From assembly GCF_009914755.1 (NCBI RefSeq), contig NC_060929.1: a stretch of 64,000 nucleotides of DNA. The stretch is one strand, 5' to 3'. The position numbers and the translations under genes are program-made. The stretch comes from the human T2T-CHM13v2.0 reference genome, Homo sapiens. Position 1 is the first letter of the stretch. Each line of letters opens with the position of its first letter. Below, in pieces: positions 43,063 through 59,222 of the stretch. Under the pieces are notes generated by a model, which made no database searches, was not told where the DNA came from, and was given only the letters and a program-made list of their open reading frames with translations.

Positions 43063-43485
43063 ATCTTAGCTGGGTTCCCCTCAGAAGCAGATCCTGAGAT
43101 GAGGATTGAATGCTTATAGATTATCTGGGAGGCGTAAGGACATTGGCAGGGGAGTGATGGCATCATATAGGGAAGAGAGGGCGGCCAAGAAAGCTGTGTT
43201 ATGAGGCCAGCTACTGCAGTGGGCAGTAAAGCTTAATCTTTTGAGGAAACTCTGGGAAACAGTATAAAACCCAGACCTTAGAACTGTGCTGGCCAAGAGA
43301 TGAGAGATCTGGGTTATTTATACCCTCATACCTGTCATTGGTTAAGAGCTGCCCCCAAAGGCAAAGTACATTCTAGAATCTCAATAGAAGGCATTCAACA
43401 AAATCATAGGTGCCAGCTATTGGAAGTGAAGCTGAATTGCACAGAAATGGTAAAGGCTCTGAAGAAATATAGGCAGAACACCAAC
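43063..43485. mobile_element. Old MLT1-type LTR inside an L2
   Basis: TCTTAGCTGGGTTCCCCTCAGAAGCAGATCCTGAGATGAGGATT resembles an MLT1 terminus. A similar element lies at ~22468-22945. Confidence 0.55.
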
Positions 43486-43487
43486 AG

Positions 43488-43532
43488 TCTCTCTCTCTCT
43501 CTCTCTGTCACACACACACACACACACACACA
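43488..43532. repeat. (CT)n(CA)n compound microsatellite
   Basis: Direct observation. Confidence 0.9.
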
Positions 43533-43883
43533 AATAATAAAAATAATTGCAAATTGCAATGTGTCTGCTATATAAACTAAATATAGACAAGGGTATGAAA
43601 TGGAGGATAAAAGGAAAGATATTTTATTAGGGTGGTCAAAAAAAGACCTCTCTAAGGGAGGCATTTATGCTGATACCTGAAGGATGAGAGGAAGGCAGGG
43701 AAGTGGGTTCCAATGAGGGAGAACATCCTGACCCTGTTCTCAAAGAGTGGAGAGGACTTGGCAAGATCTGAGTTCTGGAAACTGAGAGAAAACCCACGTG
43801 GCTGAGGGGTGGTAAGCACTGAGGCGAGTGGCATGAGATAAGCTGCAGGGGAAGATGCAGAGGGACAAAGAAACCATGGTAAT

Positions 43884-45513
43884 TGTGTTAGGCCATTCTT
43901 GCATTGCTATAAATACCTGAGACTGGGTAATTTATTTACTTGTTTAACTTTTATTTTAGGTTCAGGGGTACATGTGAAGGTTTGTTATACAGGTAAGCAC
44001 ATGTCACAGGGGTTTGTTGTACAGGTTATTTCATCACCCAGGAATTAAGCCTAGTACCCAAAAGTTACTTTTTCTGCTCCTCTCCCTCCTCCTATCCTCC
44101 ACCTTCGAGTAGACCCCAGTGTCTTTTGTTCCCTTCTTTGTGTCCATGTGTTCTCATCATTTAGCTCCCACTTAAAAGTGAGAACATGCCGTATTTGGTT
44201 TATTGTTCCTGCATTAGTTTGCTAAGGACAATGGCCTTCAGCTCCATCCATGTTCCCTCAAAAGACACGATCTCATTCTTTTTATGGTTGCATAGTATTT
44301 CACGGTGTATATATATCACATTTTCTTTATCCAATCTGTCATTGATGGGCATTTAGATTGATTCTATGCCTTTGCTATTGTGAACAGTGCTGCAATGAAC
44401 ATTCATGTGCATGTGTCTTTGTGGTAGATGCTTTATATTTCTCTGGGTATATACCCAGTAATGGGATTACTGAGTGGAATGGTACTTCTGCTTTTAGCTC
44501 TTTGAGGAATCGCCATATGGCTTTCCACAATGGTTGAACTCATTTACACTCCCACCAACAGTGTATAAGGATTCCCTTTTCTCCGCAACCTCGCAAGCAT
44601 CTGTTATTTTTTGACTTTTTGATAATAGCTCTTCTGACTAGTGTGAGATGGTATCTCACTGTGGTTTTGATTTGCATTTCTCTAATGATCAGCGATATTG
44701 AGCTTTTTTTATATGCTTGTTGGATGCATTATGTCATCTTTTGAAAAGTGTCTGTTCATGTTCCTTGCCCACTTTTTAATAGGGTTGTTTGTTTTTCTCT
44801 TATAAATTTAAGTTCCTTATAGATGCCAAATATTAGACCTTTGTCAGATGCATAGTTTGCAAATATTTTCTCCCATTCTGTAGGTTGTCTGTTTACTCTG
44901 TTGACAGTTTCCTTTGCAGTGCAGAAGCTCTTAAGTTTAATTAGATTCCATTTGTCAATTTTTGCTTTTGTTGCAATTGCTTTTAGTGTCTTTGTCATGA
45001 AATCTTTGCCCGTTCCTATGTTCCAGGATGCTATTACCTAGGTTGTCTTCCAGGATTTTTATAGTTTGGGATTTTACATTTAGAGAATGGATAATTTATA
45101 AGAAAAGAGGTTTAATTGGCTCATGGTTCTGCAGGCTGTCCAGGCAGCATAGCTCCAACATCAGCTTTGGGGAGACCTCAGGAAGCTTACAATCATGGCA
45201 GAAGGCAAAGTAGGAACAGACATGTCACATAGTGAAAGCAGGAGCAAGGAGCGAGAGAGAGAGAGAGAGGGAGAGAGTGGAGAGGAGAGGGTCGGGGAGT
45301 TGCCACACACTTTTAAATGACCAGAGGTGGGGGGAAGTGCCACACACTTTTAAATGATTGGATCTCATGAGGACAGCACCAAGGGATGGTGCAAACCATT
45401 CATAAGAAATCCACCCCCATGATCCAATCGCCTCCCACTAGGTCCCACCTCCAGTACTGGTGATTATGATTCAACATTAGATGTGGGTGGGGACAAATAT
45501 ACAAACTATATCA
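43884..45513 (-). mobile_element. MST-family (MaLR) solo LTR, split by the L1 above
   Basis: TGTGTTAGGCCATTCTTGCATTGCTATAAA...GAAAAGAGGTTTAATTGGCTCATGGTTCTGCAGG...CAAACTATATCA. TG...CA ends and 5-bp TSD GTAAT/GTAAC. Confidence 0.85.
43936..45082 (-). mobile_element. 5'-truncated older primate L1 (old L1PA/L1PB class)
   Basis: ORF 44756-44998 is L1 ORF2p ([20 protein letters not shown]). Antisense 3' UTR and a 17-bp degenerate TSD. Confidence 0.9.
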
Positions 45514-45614
45514 GTAACGAAGGGGGTTGGGTACTAGATGTAATGAGAAAGATTAAAGCAGGGAATAACCTGATCTGATTTTCAGTTCAAAAACTGACCT
45601 GATTTTCAGTTGGG

Positions 45615-45955
45615 GAACAAAATCATGTCCTTTGCAGTAACATAGATGCAGCTGGAGGCCATCATCCTAAGTGAATTATTCCAGGAACCGAAAACCAAAT
45701 ACTGCACGTTCTCACCTGTAAGTGGGAGCTAAACATTGGGTACTCATGGTCATAAAGATGGCAACAATAGACACTGGGGACTACTAGGTGGGGAAGGAAA
45801 AGAGGGGGATAAGGATTGAAAAACTATCTATTGGGTACTATGCTCAGTACCTGGGTGACAGGATCATTCGCGCCCTAAACCTCAGCATCCCACAATATAC
45901 TCAGGTAACAAACCTGCACATGGACAGGAATCTAAAATAAAAGTTGAAGAGAAAA
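45615..45955 (+). mobile_element. L1 3' end fragment (L1PB/L1MA-like)
   Basis: ATGTCCTTTGCAG...GAGGCCATCATCCTAAGTGAA...AAACCTGCACATG...AAAATAAAAGTTG. Confidence 0.8.
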
Positions 45956-46414
45956 AGGAAGATCAGGGTATTAGAAAGGTGGGAAGAACATAAAATGAGC
46001 TTCCAGTACCAAAACTTGTCAGAGAAGTAGAGCAAAATTTTCCCACTCTCCCTGTCTTTGTCCTGTCGGAAGGGCATTAAGGATTGAGGTACCTGACCAT
46101 GCAGAGCTATGTTTTATCTACCATAGATGAACATAAGCATATATGGTCAGCCATACATGTCTATAATTCAATGTCATATAAAATGTTACTTTGTGTGATC
46201 ATATCATATAGTCTAAAAGAAGAGAATTGGAAAGAAACACAGGGTAGGTTTAGTTATGGGGAGATCAAGGAAGCTGTAGTCTGATAAAAAGGCCATTCAA
46301 ACTTTATAACTTGGAATAAAGTTTATCTTTGGGAGACAGGATAGGGAGAAAATTGAGGCCAGATTCCAAAAGGGTAAGTTAAGATAAAGGAGTGTGGAAG
46401 CATGCATGGAATAG

Positions 46415-46560
46415 ACCAGAACTTCCCAAAATTTAATAAATTAGCTGAGGACCCTGTTAAAAATGTACATTCTGATTCAGCAGATCTGGGAGTCTGAATT
46501 TCTCATAAGTTCTCAGGTAATGCCTTTGCTGCTGGTCCTCGAACCACGCCCAGAGTAGCA
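46415..46560. mobile_element. MER5-like element
   Basis: ATTCTGATTCAGCAGATCTGGG...TCTCAGGTAATGC...GCTGGTCCTCGAACCAC. Confidence 0.55.
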
Positions 46561-46649
46561 AGGGTATAGATGTCATAGAGAAAGCTGGAAGAATAGTCAC
46601 TAAATAGCAGTTCAAGATGTAACAGGATTGACAGAAAGCATTCTTTTGC

Positions 46650-46993
<344 letters not shown>

Positions 46994-48210
46994 TAGAGGG
47001 GAAGAAGCAAAGGGGTTAAGATATAGAAATTATAGACGTATACTACTGTTAAATTAAAAGGAAAGAAGTGATGGGAATAATCCATAAAAAGCTTGTAGAA
47101 GGGGAAGGATCAAGACCACAAATCTAGAGGTTTCTTCTGTAAAGAAAGGATTGTGAAGGGGCAAGGAAGGAAGAAAGAAATAAGTTACCTAGGTAATTTG
47201 GGAGTTAAAGACAAGGAAATGTGACAGAGCTTACTTCAGATGGCTTCAGTATATCTGCTCTCAAACAAAAGATTGGGTTATTCCTGCTCCAGATCTTACT
47301 GGAGAAGAAGGTTGTGCTAGAATTGGTATAAACTGTAGCAACTCATGTCTCCTCTTCATAACTATCAGGCAGCAAAGATAGAAGTTTTGTTGTATGAGTT
47401 AATCAAATGAAATTAAGTTGATTAAGAAAGCTTTGGCTGTCTTTTTCTTTTGAGACAGCCAATTCTTTTATATAACAGCTGTTTCATAAAAGTCCTTTAC
47501 AGAGCAACATGATATACCAAACCAAACTAATTTTAGAAACAATCATTTTATAAAATTTATTCCCTAAATACCAAAGTTGTTACTTTCAACAGATATTGCA
47601 TTGATCTTGAATTACAAAATATTGTTAATATATAAAAACAAACAAGCAAACAAAAAAACACTACTTTGGCTCCTGTGCGGGAAATGAATTTCTGCAAACA
47701 ATAATGACAGTAGAAGACCAATTCTGGTCTTCTGGGTGGGTGGCCTGGACTAAAATAGTAGCTGTAATGCAGAGAAGCGGATGAATTTAAGAGTAAATTG
47801 AAAGTGGAAGAGTAAATTTGCAGTAGAACTTGCTGCAAATTGGACATGCACATTGAACCCTTTACCTATCGCTAACCTTATTGAAAACCCAGCATGCTAA
47901 GCACTTCTGTTTAACTATTGCAGCCCCTATGTGAGGTGGGTACTATTATCTCTATTCCCATTTTACAGATAAGGACACTGAGGCTCAGAAAGATTAACCT
48001 GCTCAAAGGCACACAGAGAGCAAGAGACAAACCTGGATTTGGCCAAAGCTAATGCTCTGAAGGTGCTATACTATAACATTAAAAAAAACGTGGAGTGGGG
48101 GTCTGCCTAATGTCACCTTCTCTGAATGAGCACCTCACTGTTCACTTCAACAATGTTCACCTGCAGGATGTTTTCAGGCAGGGGAAACATCACAGGCATT
48201 AAAACCAAAA

Positions 48211-48534
<324 letters not shown>

Positions 48535-49988
48535 CCTGTGTTTGAATCCAGGTCTGTCACATGCTCGATGTCACTAGAACTCTTGGAGCCTCAGTTTCCT
48601 CCTCTGTAAAACCGTAACATCTACTTCAGATGGTTGTTCTCAAGACTAGGCGGAACCCTGTAAGGCTGAATCATTAGTTGTTCCAGAGTCAACTCAGACC
48701 ACCTCCCTGAATGGCCCCAGCTGGGAGCAGAATTGAGGTGCAGTCAGGCCAATATTCTTAGGAGTTGGTTCAGGGGACTCAGCTCTAAGCACTCAGTGAC
48801 AGGTTTTCATCCCAGGGGAATGCATTCAAGCAAATTCTTCTCATGACTCTGCTTGAGGCCTGATCTGGATTGGGTATTACAGCAAAGGCACTCCTAAACC
48901 AAGTTTATCACAGGTTTTCTTTTAAAATGCCTCCGTATAAGGAATCATAAAACATAGGTGCTGAGAGATTTAAAGGGCCATAAAACACATCTGGTCCGAT
49001 ATCTTCTTATACAAATGTGCAGCGTAGGCCTAACGAGAAAAATGGAACTTTCCAAGGTCACCCAGTTTGCAAGGAACACACACAAGGACCAAACTCCAGG
49101 TTTCCTGACTCTCGGTCCATGCACTTCATATTTCACCAAACTGCTTTGCTTCTTGCCCGGGCCATTGTAATCAGTTTGCTGGGCTTGGGTCAGAAGCCTC
49201 CACACCAGGCTGCAGCATAAAGAATTCCATTGGAAACACGAACACATCCAAGATCATGTGTGGTGTTTTACAGCGTGGCCTGTTTAGGGCACTTTCAGAC
49301 CTCTGGTGCTCAACAGCAATTTGGTCTGAAAAGCAAATAAGCATTTACATGGTCTCACAGTTTATGGCCATTTTGAGCCTCAAAAAGCAGTTTCCAAAGA
49401 CTCCAGGTAGAGAAGCAGGGAAAAGCTGTCCAGAGAGACACAGAATAAAACTAAGACAGCAATGAAAATGTCTCCAAAAGGTAACATGAAAGGGATGAAA
49501 AAGGCGACCATGGAATTGGCAGCAAGTACCTCCAGCTTTGTGGATATTGTCATCTAAAGGCACTTTTTATGCAACCATTTGCCCAATCCCATCAATTATT
49601 TTGGTTTTGTTTTTTAACATTTTTAATTATTTCCAAAGAATAGAAAAATGATTATCAGGTCAAAGGGATGAACATTCTTGAGACTCCTGATATGTAATAT
49701 TAATTTGCTTTCATCTGTGTTTGCCAGAACTCTTTTAGTTGCAAGTGACAGAAACCACCTCAAACTAGCTCAAACAAAACTGGGTATTTGATAGCTCATA
49801 GGCTGGAAAATTTAGAGTAAGAGCCAGACTAAGAGCCTATAAGGACCCAGATAGCTCTGGCAGATTCACCCCCCTCTGCCTTAACTCCCCTTGTTTATAT
49901 GAATTGACCTCATTCTCTCCATTTGCAAAGGGCACTCTCCATGACTTAGATCCCCAGCCTTCTTAGTTGCAAACAATAAAATCTACTG

Positions 49989-50039
<51 letters not shown>

Positions 50040-50066
50040 TGTGTGTATACATATATATATATATAT
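49989..50066. repeat. (TA)n(TG)n(TA)n compound microsatellite
   Basis: Direct observation. Confidence 0.95.
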
Positions 50067-50404
50067 CAGCAGAGGCAGGATAATAAAAAGAATATTAGGT
50101 TGTTCACAGAACCTCTAGGAGGGCTGAAGGACTGGTTTGAGGCCACCTTGCAGGAACAATGCCCCAAATGACTAAGTGTGACTTCCAGGTCTGCCTTTGT
50201 CCCCCTTCTATTGCTGTAGTTGGAGGTCAACCTGCGTTAGCCTCCACCAGCATCACACGGAGGTGGAGAGGAGTCTTCCCAGGTCCTCTCTTTGGGTCAC
50301 TAACTCCCAATTCAAAATTCAAGTCAGGTACATGTAATTAACAAAACCTAGATCCCTGGCTGAAAGCAACGCTATTAAAGCCGGCATTTTCAACTATTCT
50401 GGGC

Positions 50405-50600
50405 ATGTATGTATGTATGCATGTATGTATGTATGTATGTATTTAATTTTGTTTTAGAGACAGGGTCTCATTCTGTCACCCAGGCTGAAGTGCAGTAGTG
50501 ATCATTGCCCGCTGCAGCCTCCAGCTCCTGGGCTGAATCAAACCTCCTGCCTCAGCCTCCTGAGTAGCTGAGACTATAGGAATGTGCCACTATGCCCAGC
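50405..50600 (-). mobile_element. Alu right monomer with (TATG)n tail
   Basis: Single antisense arm. Confidence 0.8.
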
Positions 50601-53272
50601 TGTTCAACTTCTAAATTTTGAAGCAAGTTCTGCCACCTACCTAAACTTATAAGCTGGATGAATTCCCAAACATGGAAAAGGGATTCAGATGTGGGACATT
50701 CAAAAGAATCACAAATATTTACTACAAAAAACTATTGCAACAGATAGCTCAGACTTACATACTCCACCAGCCCAGAAAAGAAGCTCTACCGGCCTAGAAA
50801 AGAAGGAAAGTTTCTTTCAATATCATGTAGTTCAATGCCTGGCCCTTAATCAACATATTTTGGACTTAAATGATCCAGAAGCTTTCCAAAAAAGGCCTGA
50901 TTCTAACTCCTAAGACTCCTTTGTATCTAATACTGACAAAACTAAGATGGAACTAAAGTGCTGTGCCCCCTGGTTTCCTAGTGTCTGAAATATTTCTTCC
51001 CTGAACTTTTGTTTAAAAGGGGTAGGCTGACCTGCCTCACTTGTGTTTAACTCCTATGGCTGTCTAATTTCTTTCTGTGGTGGGTGGAAAAGGATATAAT
51101 ATTTCTGAAAAATGGAAACTTGGCATTTTTACCCATGGAAGTCTACAGAGATAGAAAATGAGATTCTTACCTAGGAAGAATATTAACAGGATGTAAAATT
51201 GCTATTGGCACATAAAGACACATTAGCAGGGTCAAAACTGGGATCAAAAAGAACCCAACAGGCAAGACAGCTAGCAAACAGAAATCTCAGTTTCATTGAA
51301 AAACAGAGCAGGAAGTTAAAATGCAATTCCTCAAAGAGCTTTCACAGGTAGTGTGATATCTGATAGCAGCAAGCAGCTGATGGAAATTTTTTATACATAT
51401 GCTGAAACTAGTTTTGCTAACACATACTCCTACAGTGAACACCACCCAGCCTTGACTCTTGAAAAGTTGCCCATGGAGATAAAATAAAGAGGGCAAATTG
51501 ATAACGTTCTTGAAGACAGTGGGATTTTTTCAGGAGCTGCTGCATTCCTGCATCCTCCTTTTTTTTTTTTTTTTTTTTTTTTGCCTCATGTCAACTCCAA
51601 AGAGTTTGTAGTGGGGGAAAGTTCTGAGGGGTCATCTTCAGTTGTCACTTATGACAATCTCCCTTATTTGGTAATAGAAATGAGAATGTGGTGACTAATT
51701 AGAATTTTCTTCCTTCTCGGGAAGGTACATTCTTTAACATTTCTCTTCTCTAAGAACCACTGTTTCTTTCTGTCCTGAGGGAAGGGAGAGAGCTGAGGAG
51801 AGAGATAATATTTCAGATATGAATAAAGTGACTAACACTCATAGGATTCTTGGTACAGATAGGAAACGATTTCAGGATTCTTTGGGATGAAAGGACCCAA
51901 ATGCCTAAAATACAGGACATAATCATGGCGAATAGTTGTTAAAAGGATTGATCTGAAAAACAGTAGTCTGGGCAGCCACCTGGCCATGTTCTATAACCAC
52001 AGTGGTGTTTTATCATTTTAACTGAAGTCGTGAATAGAGGCCATCAATTCAGCAAGAAAGATAAGTTGATCAGGGCAGATGTGAGCCTGAGGCATGGATT
52101 TTTATTAATACTGATCAGACTAACTTATCCAGGAAAATTATTTCCCTTCTGTCAATACAGTTTATCTGCTCTATTGTAGGAAGACCTTCTCAGTTGTAAT
52201 TTGCAAAATTCCTCTTCCAACTGGCTTAAGAAATAAAAAAGCAGGAGAGTTAGTTTCATGGGGATTTGGAGGCTAGACCTCAGACCCAGCAGGATCCATG
52301 GGCTCACAGTCACCTGGATTCTGTATCTTTCATCATCTCTCAGCTCTACCTACCGCTTTCTTCATTCCCAGGCAAGTTCTTTCCAGGAGTGATATACTGA
52401 CAGCCAAAGCCTACATCATTCTTTAAGCTCTTAATCTTAGAGAAATTATGGGTGTTTTTCATGACAGCTTTGCCAAGGAGACTCCAATTAGCTTACCTGG
52501 GGTTCTGCATGCATCTCAGAGCAATTGCTGTACCAAAGGTATAAGGAATAGTCTGATTGGTTGGACCTCGGTCATGTGGCCACCCCTAAAGCCAGAGGTC
52601 TGGGCAGAATCAGCCATCCTGCACCACATGGCCTGAGCAAAACTACCAGGGAGTAAAGGAGAGATGGCTCACAAAAGGAAGAGATCCTGTGCGACAAATA
52701 TCTCAGTAAGAAAACATTTAAGTCCTAAGTGCATTTTTAGGATTACAAACATTTTACACATGAGTGTTAAAAGCAAAAAGAAACCAAAATTCAAAGTACT
52801 TCCCAATGCCTTATTAATTCTCTTAACCCTTTGAGTTTTTATCCAACCTCTTCATTATTCGACAAACCAATCTCTCAAAATCCTGTCCACAGTTATTAGT
52901 GTTGGGCTCAAATGCTGCCTCTTTGGAAAATCTTCTCAGTTGGTCTCTGATTCTGTCCCCCTCTTCAGTTCCTGCAGCAGGACTTCCCTGGCACCTACCT
53001 CATCCTCCCCTTCTATATCTTATGTATGCATGGTTTTGCCTTAGGCCGTCCTTCTTTCCCACCCCTCCACCAGATTAAAAGCTCAGAAAATTCTTAAAGA
53101 GAGTAAGGGAGCAAGAGAAGGAAGAAGTGAAGGAGCTGTCTGAGTCAAGACACCCTTAGGACTTCATACCTCCTCCATTGTAACACCTATCTCCCTTTAA
53201 TGGCATCTATTTCTTATCTGTTTCTCCTTCTGAATTCAGAGTTCTTTAAGGGCAATCACTGTATTATTCCAC

Positions 53273-53674
<402 letters not shown>

Positions 53675-53734
53675 TAATAACTATACATTTATAGAGGTAG
53701 TTGTAGTTTCTGACATAAACCTTCCCCTTGACCA

Positions 53735-53830
53735 GCCAGGACTCTGGGAGGCCAAGGCCAAAGGATCTCTTGTGCCCAGGGTTCAAGATCAGCCTGGGCA
53801 ATATAGTGAGACTCCACCTCATTTTATTTA
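53735..53830 (+). mobile_element. FLAM / partial Alu left arm
   Basis: CTCTGGGAGGCCAAGG...GTTCAAGATCAGCCTGGGCAATATAGTGAGAC. Confidence 0.7.
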
Positions 53831-54037
53831 AACAATAACAGTAACAAAACCTTCCTCTTGTCCCAATAAGTAAGAGTTCCAAAGAATGAAGGGATTAGGA
53901 TTAGCTGAGTGAGGGATGAAAAATTTTATACTGGAAGGTATCATAACCATATTGAAAACAGATGGAACACAGTACATTTAAACTATTGCACAAGAAAGTT
54001 TGTTTTAATATAAAAAATTACTCTCCTGTCAGGCTGA

Positions 54038-54516
<479 letters not shown>

Positions 54517-54715
54517 TCTTCCTTTCTTTCCTTCCTTCCTTCTTTTCTTTTTTTCTTTCTTTCTTTTTCTTTCTTCTTTCTTTTCCTTCCTTCCTTCCTC
54601 CCTTCCTTCTTTCTTTTCTTTCTTTCTTCTTTCTCTTTCTTTCTTCTTTCCCTTCTTTTCCTTCCTTCCTTCCTTCCTTCCTTCCTTCCTTCCTTTCTTT
54701 CTTTTTTTTTTTTTT
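54517..54715. repeat. Pure pyrimidine (TTCC/TTTC)n tract
   Basis: About 200 nt of only C and T between two Alus. Confidence 0.95.
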
Positions 54716-55059
<344 letters not shown>

Positions 55060-55220
55060 TAAGTTACATTTACAGCAAAAATGAGAGGTGAGCAGGCTGT
55101 AGAGATTTGCCCTGTGTCCATTTTGACTGTGGATCATTAAACAATCCACCACAGGGCTCCCTTTGGTGCTCACAAAGCACGCTCCAGCAGAAAATCATTT
55201 TCTCATATGTCCTGAGATTA

Positions 55221-55625
<405 letters not shown>

Positions 55626-56044
55626 TCAGTCACCCACTGCAATTTTTTGTTTTTTCTCCCAGAAATGGCACGGCCTGTTTTGTCAATGGTGTTGACCCTC
55701 AGGCAATGTCTGATTGTGTAGGTAGTCACTAAGTGAAGAGTCTTGGGAGTTCACTTGGTTATCTGGGGCTTTATTAGGCCCAGAGTAATTGATAAGCTGT
55801 GTTACAAATCCTCCTAAATCTGTTCGGAGCCATCATCTTTTTTTTGCCATCTAGAGCCATCATTGTTTTGGACTAGGGTGGGGCAATTTCCTGTTAAACT
55901 AAGAGGGAAAAAAAAGTTGAAGTTCAGTTATATTCATTTCAACGAACACTGCCTTTTGCACAGAGAGTATTAGAGTAGGTATTATGAGGTTTTGAAAGTG
56001 GAAAAGAACGGAGGTAATTGGTGTTTACACTCACTACTTGAAGC

Positions 56045-56720
56045 ATCATTCATCCTTTCAACAAATATTTATTTATTAACACCAGCCACCATATGCCAGC
56101 CAGCCAGACGACTAGGCCATTGGGTATATAGTGCAGAAAACTGTAGGCACTCTCATAGAATGTGCGGTCTCATCAGAGAGATGTTAAGAAGTAAAACACA
56201 CAAATAAATATTTAAAGTGTGGTTGGTAATAATAAGAAAAAATCCTGAAAGCTCTGACCTATTTGAGGAAAGAGACTTCATTAAAATGAGAAGCATTTTA
56301 TCAGAAAAAGCTACTCCCTAAAAGAGTGAAGGATGAGTCTGAACGAGCCAACCAAAGAGTTGGGCAAGAGTATTTGAGGCAAAGGGAACAGTAGCTTGTG
56401 CAGAAGCGGGAGGAGGGAGGTGGAGCTGTTAGAAGCCATGACCTCACTCCTGTGCAGAAAGGGTAAGGAGACACGGGGGAGGCGTGAGGGAGGCAAGGAC
56501 ACATTAGGTTCTTTACACAATAGGAAACCTCTAGGAAGATGAAACCAGGAGCAGTCTGATCAATTTATATTTTCTAAAGATCAAAGATCATTCTGGCTGC
56601 CTTGGTGAGAAGGATTGGGTGAGGACAAAGTGGAAATGGGAAAACCTACCCAGAGAACATGGCAAAGAGGGATGACAGTGGCAGCAGAGACAGAGTGAAA
56701 TGACTAATTTGAGATAGATT
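56045..56720 (-). mobile_element. L2 fragment
   Basis: TTCAACAAATATTTATT...AAAGATCATTCTGGCTGC. Confidence 0.6.
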
Positions 56721-57128
56721 CTGGAGACTCAATTTCTTCACTGATGTAGGTGAAATCAATAACACCTACATCCTGGGGTTGTGAGAATAAAGGGAGACAA
56801 ACAATGAATATAATTAGTTTGTTACAATGCTTGACATGCTGTAAATACTCAATAAATGTTCGCTATTGTTGTTTTTATTATTTTCAGGCCAATGGGAATC
56901 ATTTGAATAAAAACTCACTTCTTTTCTGTTATTGAGAACTGCCAAGACAGGGGTTCTAGTTCACGAGAATTAAAATACACATTCTATATCCAGCACTGCA
57001 CCAAATGCTGTGGGGGAAAACAAGAGAAAGACCTCTTTGTCCCTCAGAACAATCCAAATTTTGTGGGTGGAAAGAAAGAGATGATAAGAAGAATACTCAG
57101 GGAAAAAATAGATATAATTACTTTATAA

Positions 57129-57431
57129 GGCTGGGCGTGGTGATTCATGCCTGTAATCCCAGCATTTTGGGAGGCCAAAGCAGGTGGATCATTTGAGTCC
57201 AGCAGTTTGAGACCAGTCTGGGTAACATGTTGAAATCCTGTCTCTACAAAAAATACAAAAATTAGCTGGGCATGGTGGTGCACTCCTGTAGTCCCAGCTA
57301 CTAGGGAGGCTGAGGTGGGAGCATCGCTTGAGCCCAGGAGTAGAGGCTGCAGTGAGCTAAGATCACACCACTGCACTCCAACCTGGGTGACAGGATGAGA
57401 CTCTGTCTCAAACTTTAGAAAAGAAAAAGAA
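57129..57431 (+). mobile_element. AluJ
   Basis: Perfect TSD ATAATTACTTTATAA at 57114-57128 and 57432-57446. Confidence 0.92.
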
Positions 57432-58040
57432 ATAATTACTTTATAAGTAGGGACCCAGAGACCCTTCAAAGGAATAAGAACTCTTTGGCTTTTATAATTT
57501 AGGTGAAAATCATCCTATTGAAACAATGATATTAGAACAGAAATCCTAGTATGAGTTGGAGGCTGTTTAAAGTTACCGTTTGGGCAACTGCTTCAAAATG
57601 ATAGCTTTGTGTGAAGAAATGGCTGCAAATGTTTAAGTAAACTCTCTATCTAGATATCAAGCGACTCCTCTAATTGGCCCATTTATGAATCCTGCCCTAG
57701 TCAGTCTCTGACTATTGGCTAAGCACTGAAAGCATCCTGTTAACTGTAAGATACCTCAAGAAAAAAAAAATCCCACAGAAGTGGTGAAAAGAAAGCAGTA
57801 TTTATTCAGTACCTGCCATATGCCAGATCCCATGAGTAGGTATTATGCCTCCATTTCATGGAGGAGGAATCTGAGGCATGTTGAGTTTCAGGTAAATCCC
57901 TGTGATTACAAAGATTAGAATGTGAACCCAGGTCTGCCTAATGCTTGGTGCAGGTTCTTGACCACAACGTGGGACTGTCTCTATCTTTTCTAGCCAACAA
58001 TTAGAACACTCCGAAGCTGAATTTATGGTGAGTTATTTCT

Positions 58041-58367
<327 letters not shown>

Positions 58368-58914
58368 TAGAAAAGATCTCTTAACTTTGCTTTTAGGATA
58401 TCCATGAATTCCTGACACTGTAAAAAACTGTATGGATATTTGCCTATGTATATTTGCCTATGTATAGTTTCCTGGGAGAAGCTGTAGCCTTCATCAGATT
58501 CTCCAGAGGGTCCATGATACCCAAATGTTAAAAAGTTTGCCTAATCTATCAAAATGTACAATGTATGCACTTATTGATTTAATAATGTCACTGTGAAATA
58601 CTAGTAGAGTGGCTAACAATATTTATGCCCAGATGCTCAAACATTGCAGTATTGTTTATAGCAAAAAATATTGGAAAGAACCCCAAATCTCATGAATAGA
58701 GACTTAATTAAATAAACAATGATATATCTCTACGGCAGAATATTATAGTCATTTTTTAAAATGAGTTAGCTCTAAATATTCTAATAAAATATGTCCCAAA
58801 AGTACAGCTAAGTGAGGAAAGCAAGTGGCAGAACCTATCTACATATTTTTGTTAACAATTATGTCTATATGTGTTTGTGCATGTATGTGGGTTTATATAT
58901 GCATAGAAAAAAAT

Positions 58915-59222
58915 CCAGAACATTATTCTACAATAGATATATGATGTGAGTCACATATGTAATTTTAAATTTTGAGTAGCCACATTAAAAAAAGTAAAAA
59001 GAAAGGTGAAATTAATTTTAATAACTCACTTAATCCATCAACATATTATTTCAACATGTAATCAATACAAAAACTATTGAGATATTTTACATTTTTTATA
59101 GTAAGTCTTCAAACTCCAGTGTGTATTTTTCAGTTACAGCACATTACAATTCTGACTAGTCACATTTTAAATGCTCAATAGCCACATAGAACTAGTGACT
59201 ACCATATTGGACAGTGTGATCT
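58915..59222. mobile_element. MER33/MER3-like hAT-Charlie element inside an old L1M
   Basis: GAGTCACATATGTAATTTTAAATTTT...AGCCACATTAAAAAAAGTAAAA...GCTCAATAGCCACA...CCATATTGGACAG. Confidence 0.7.
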
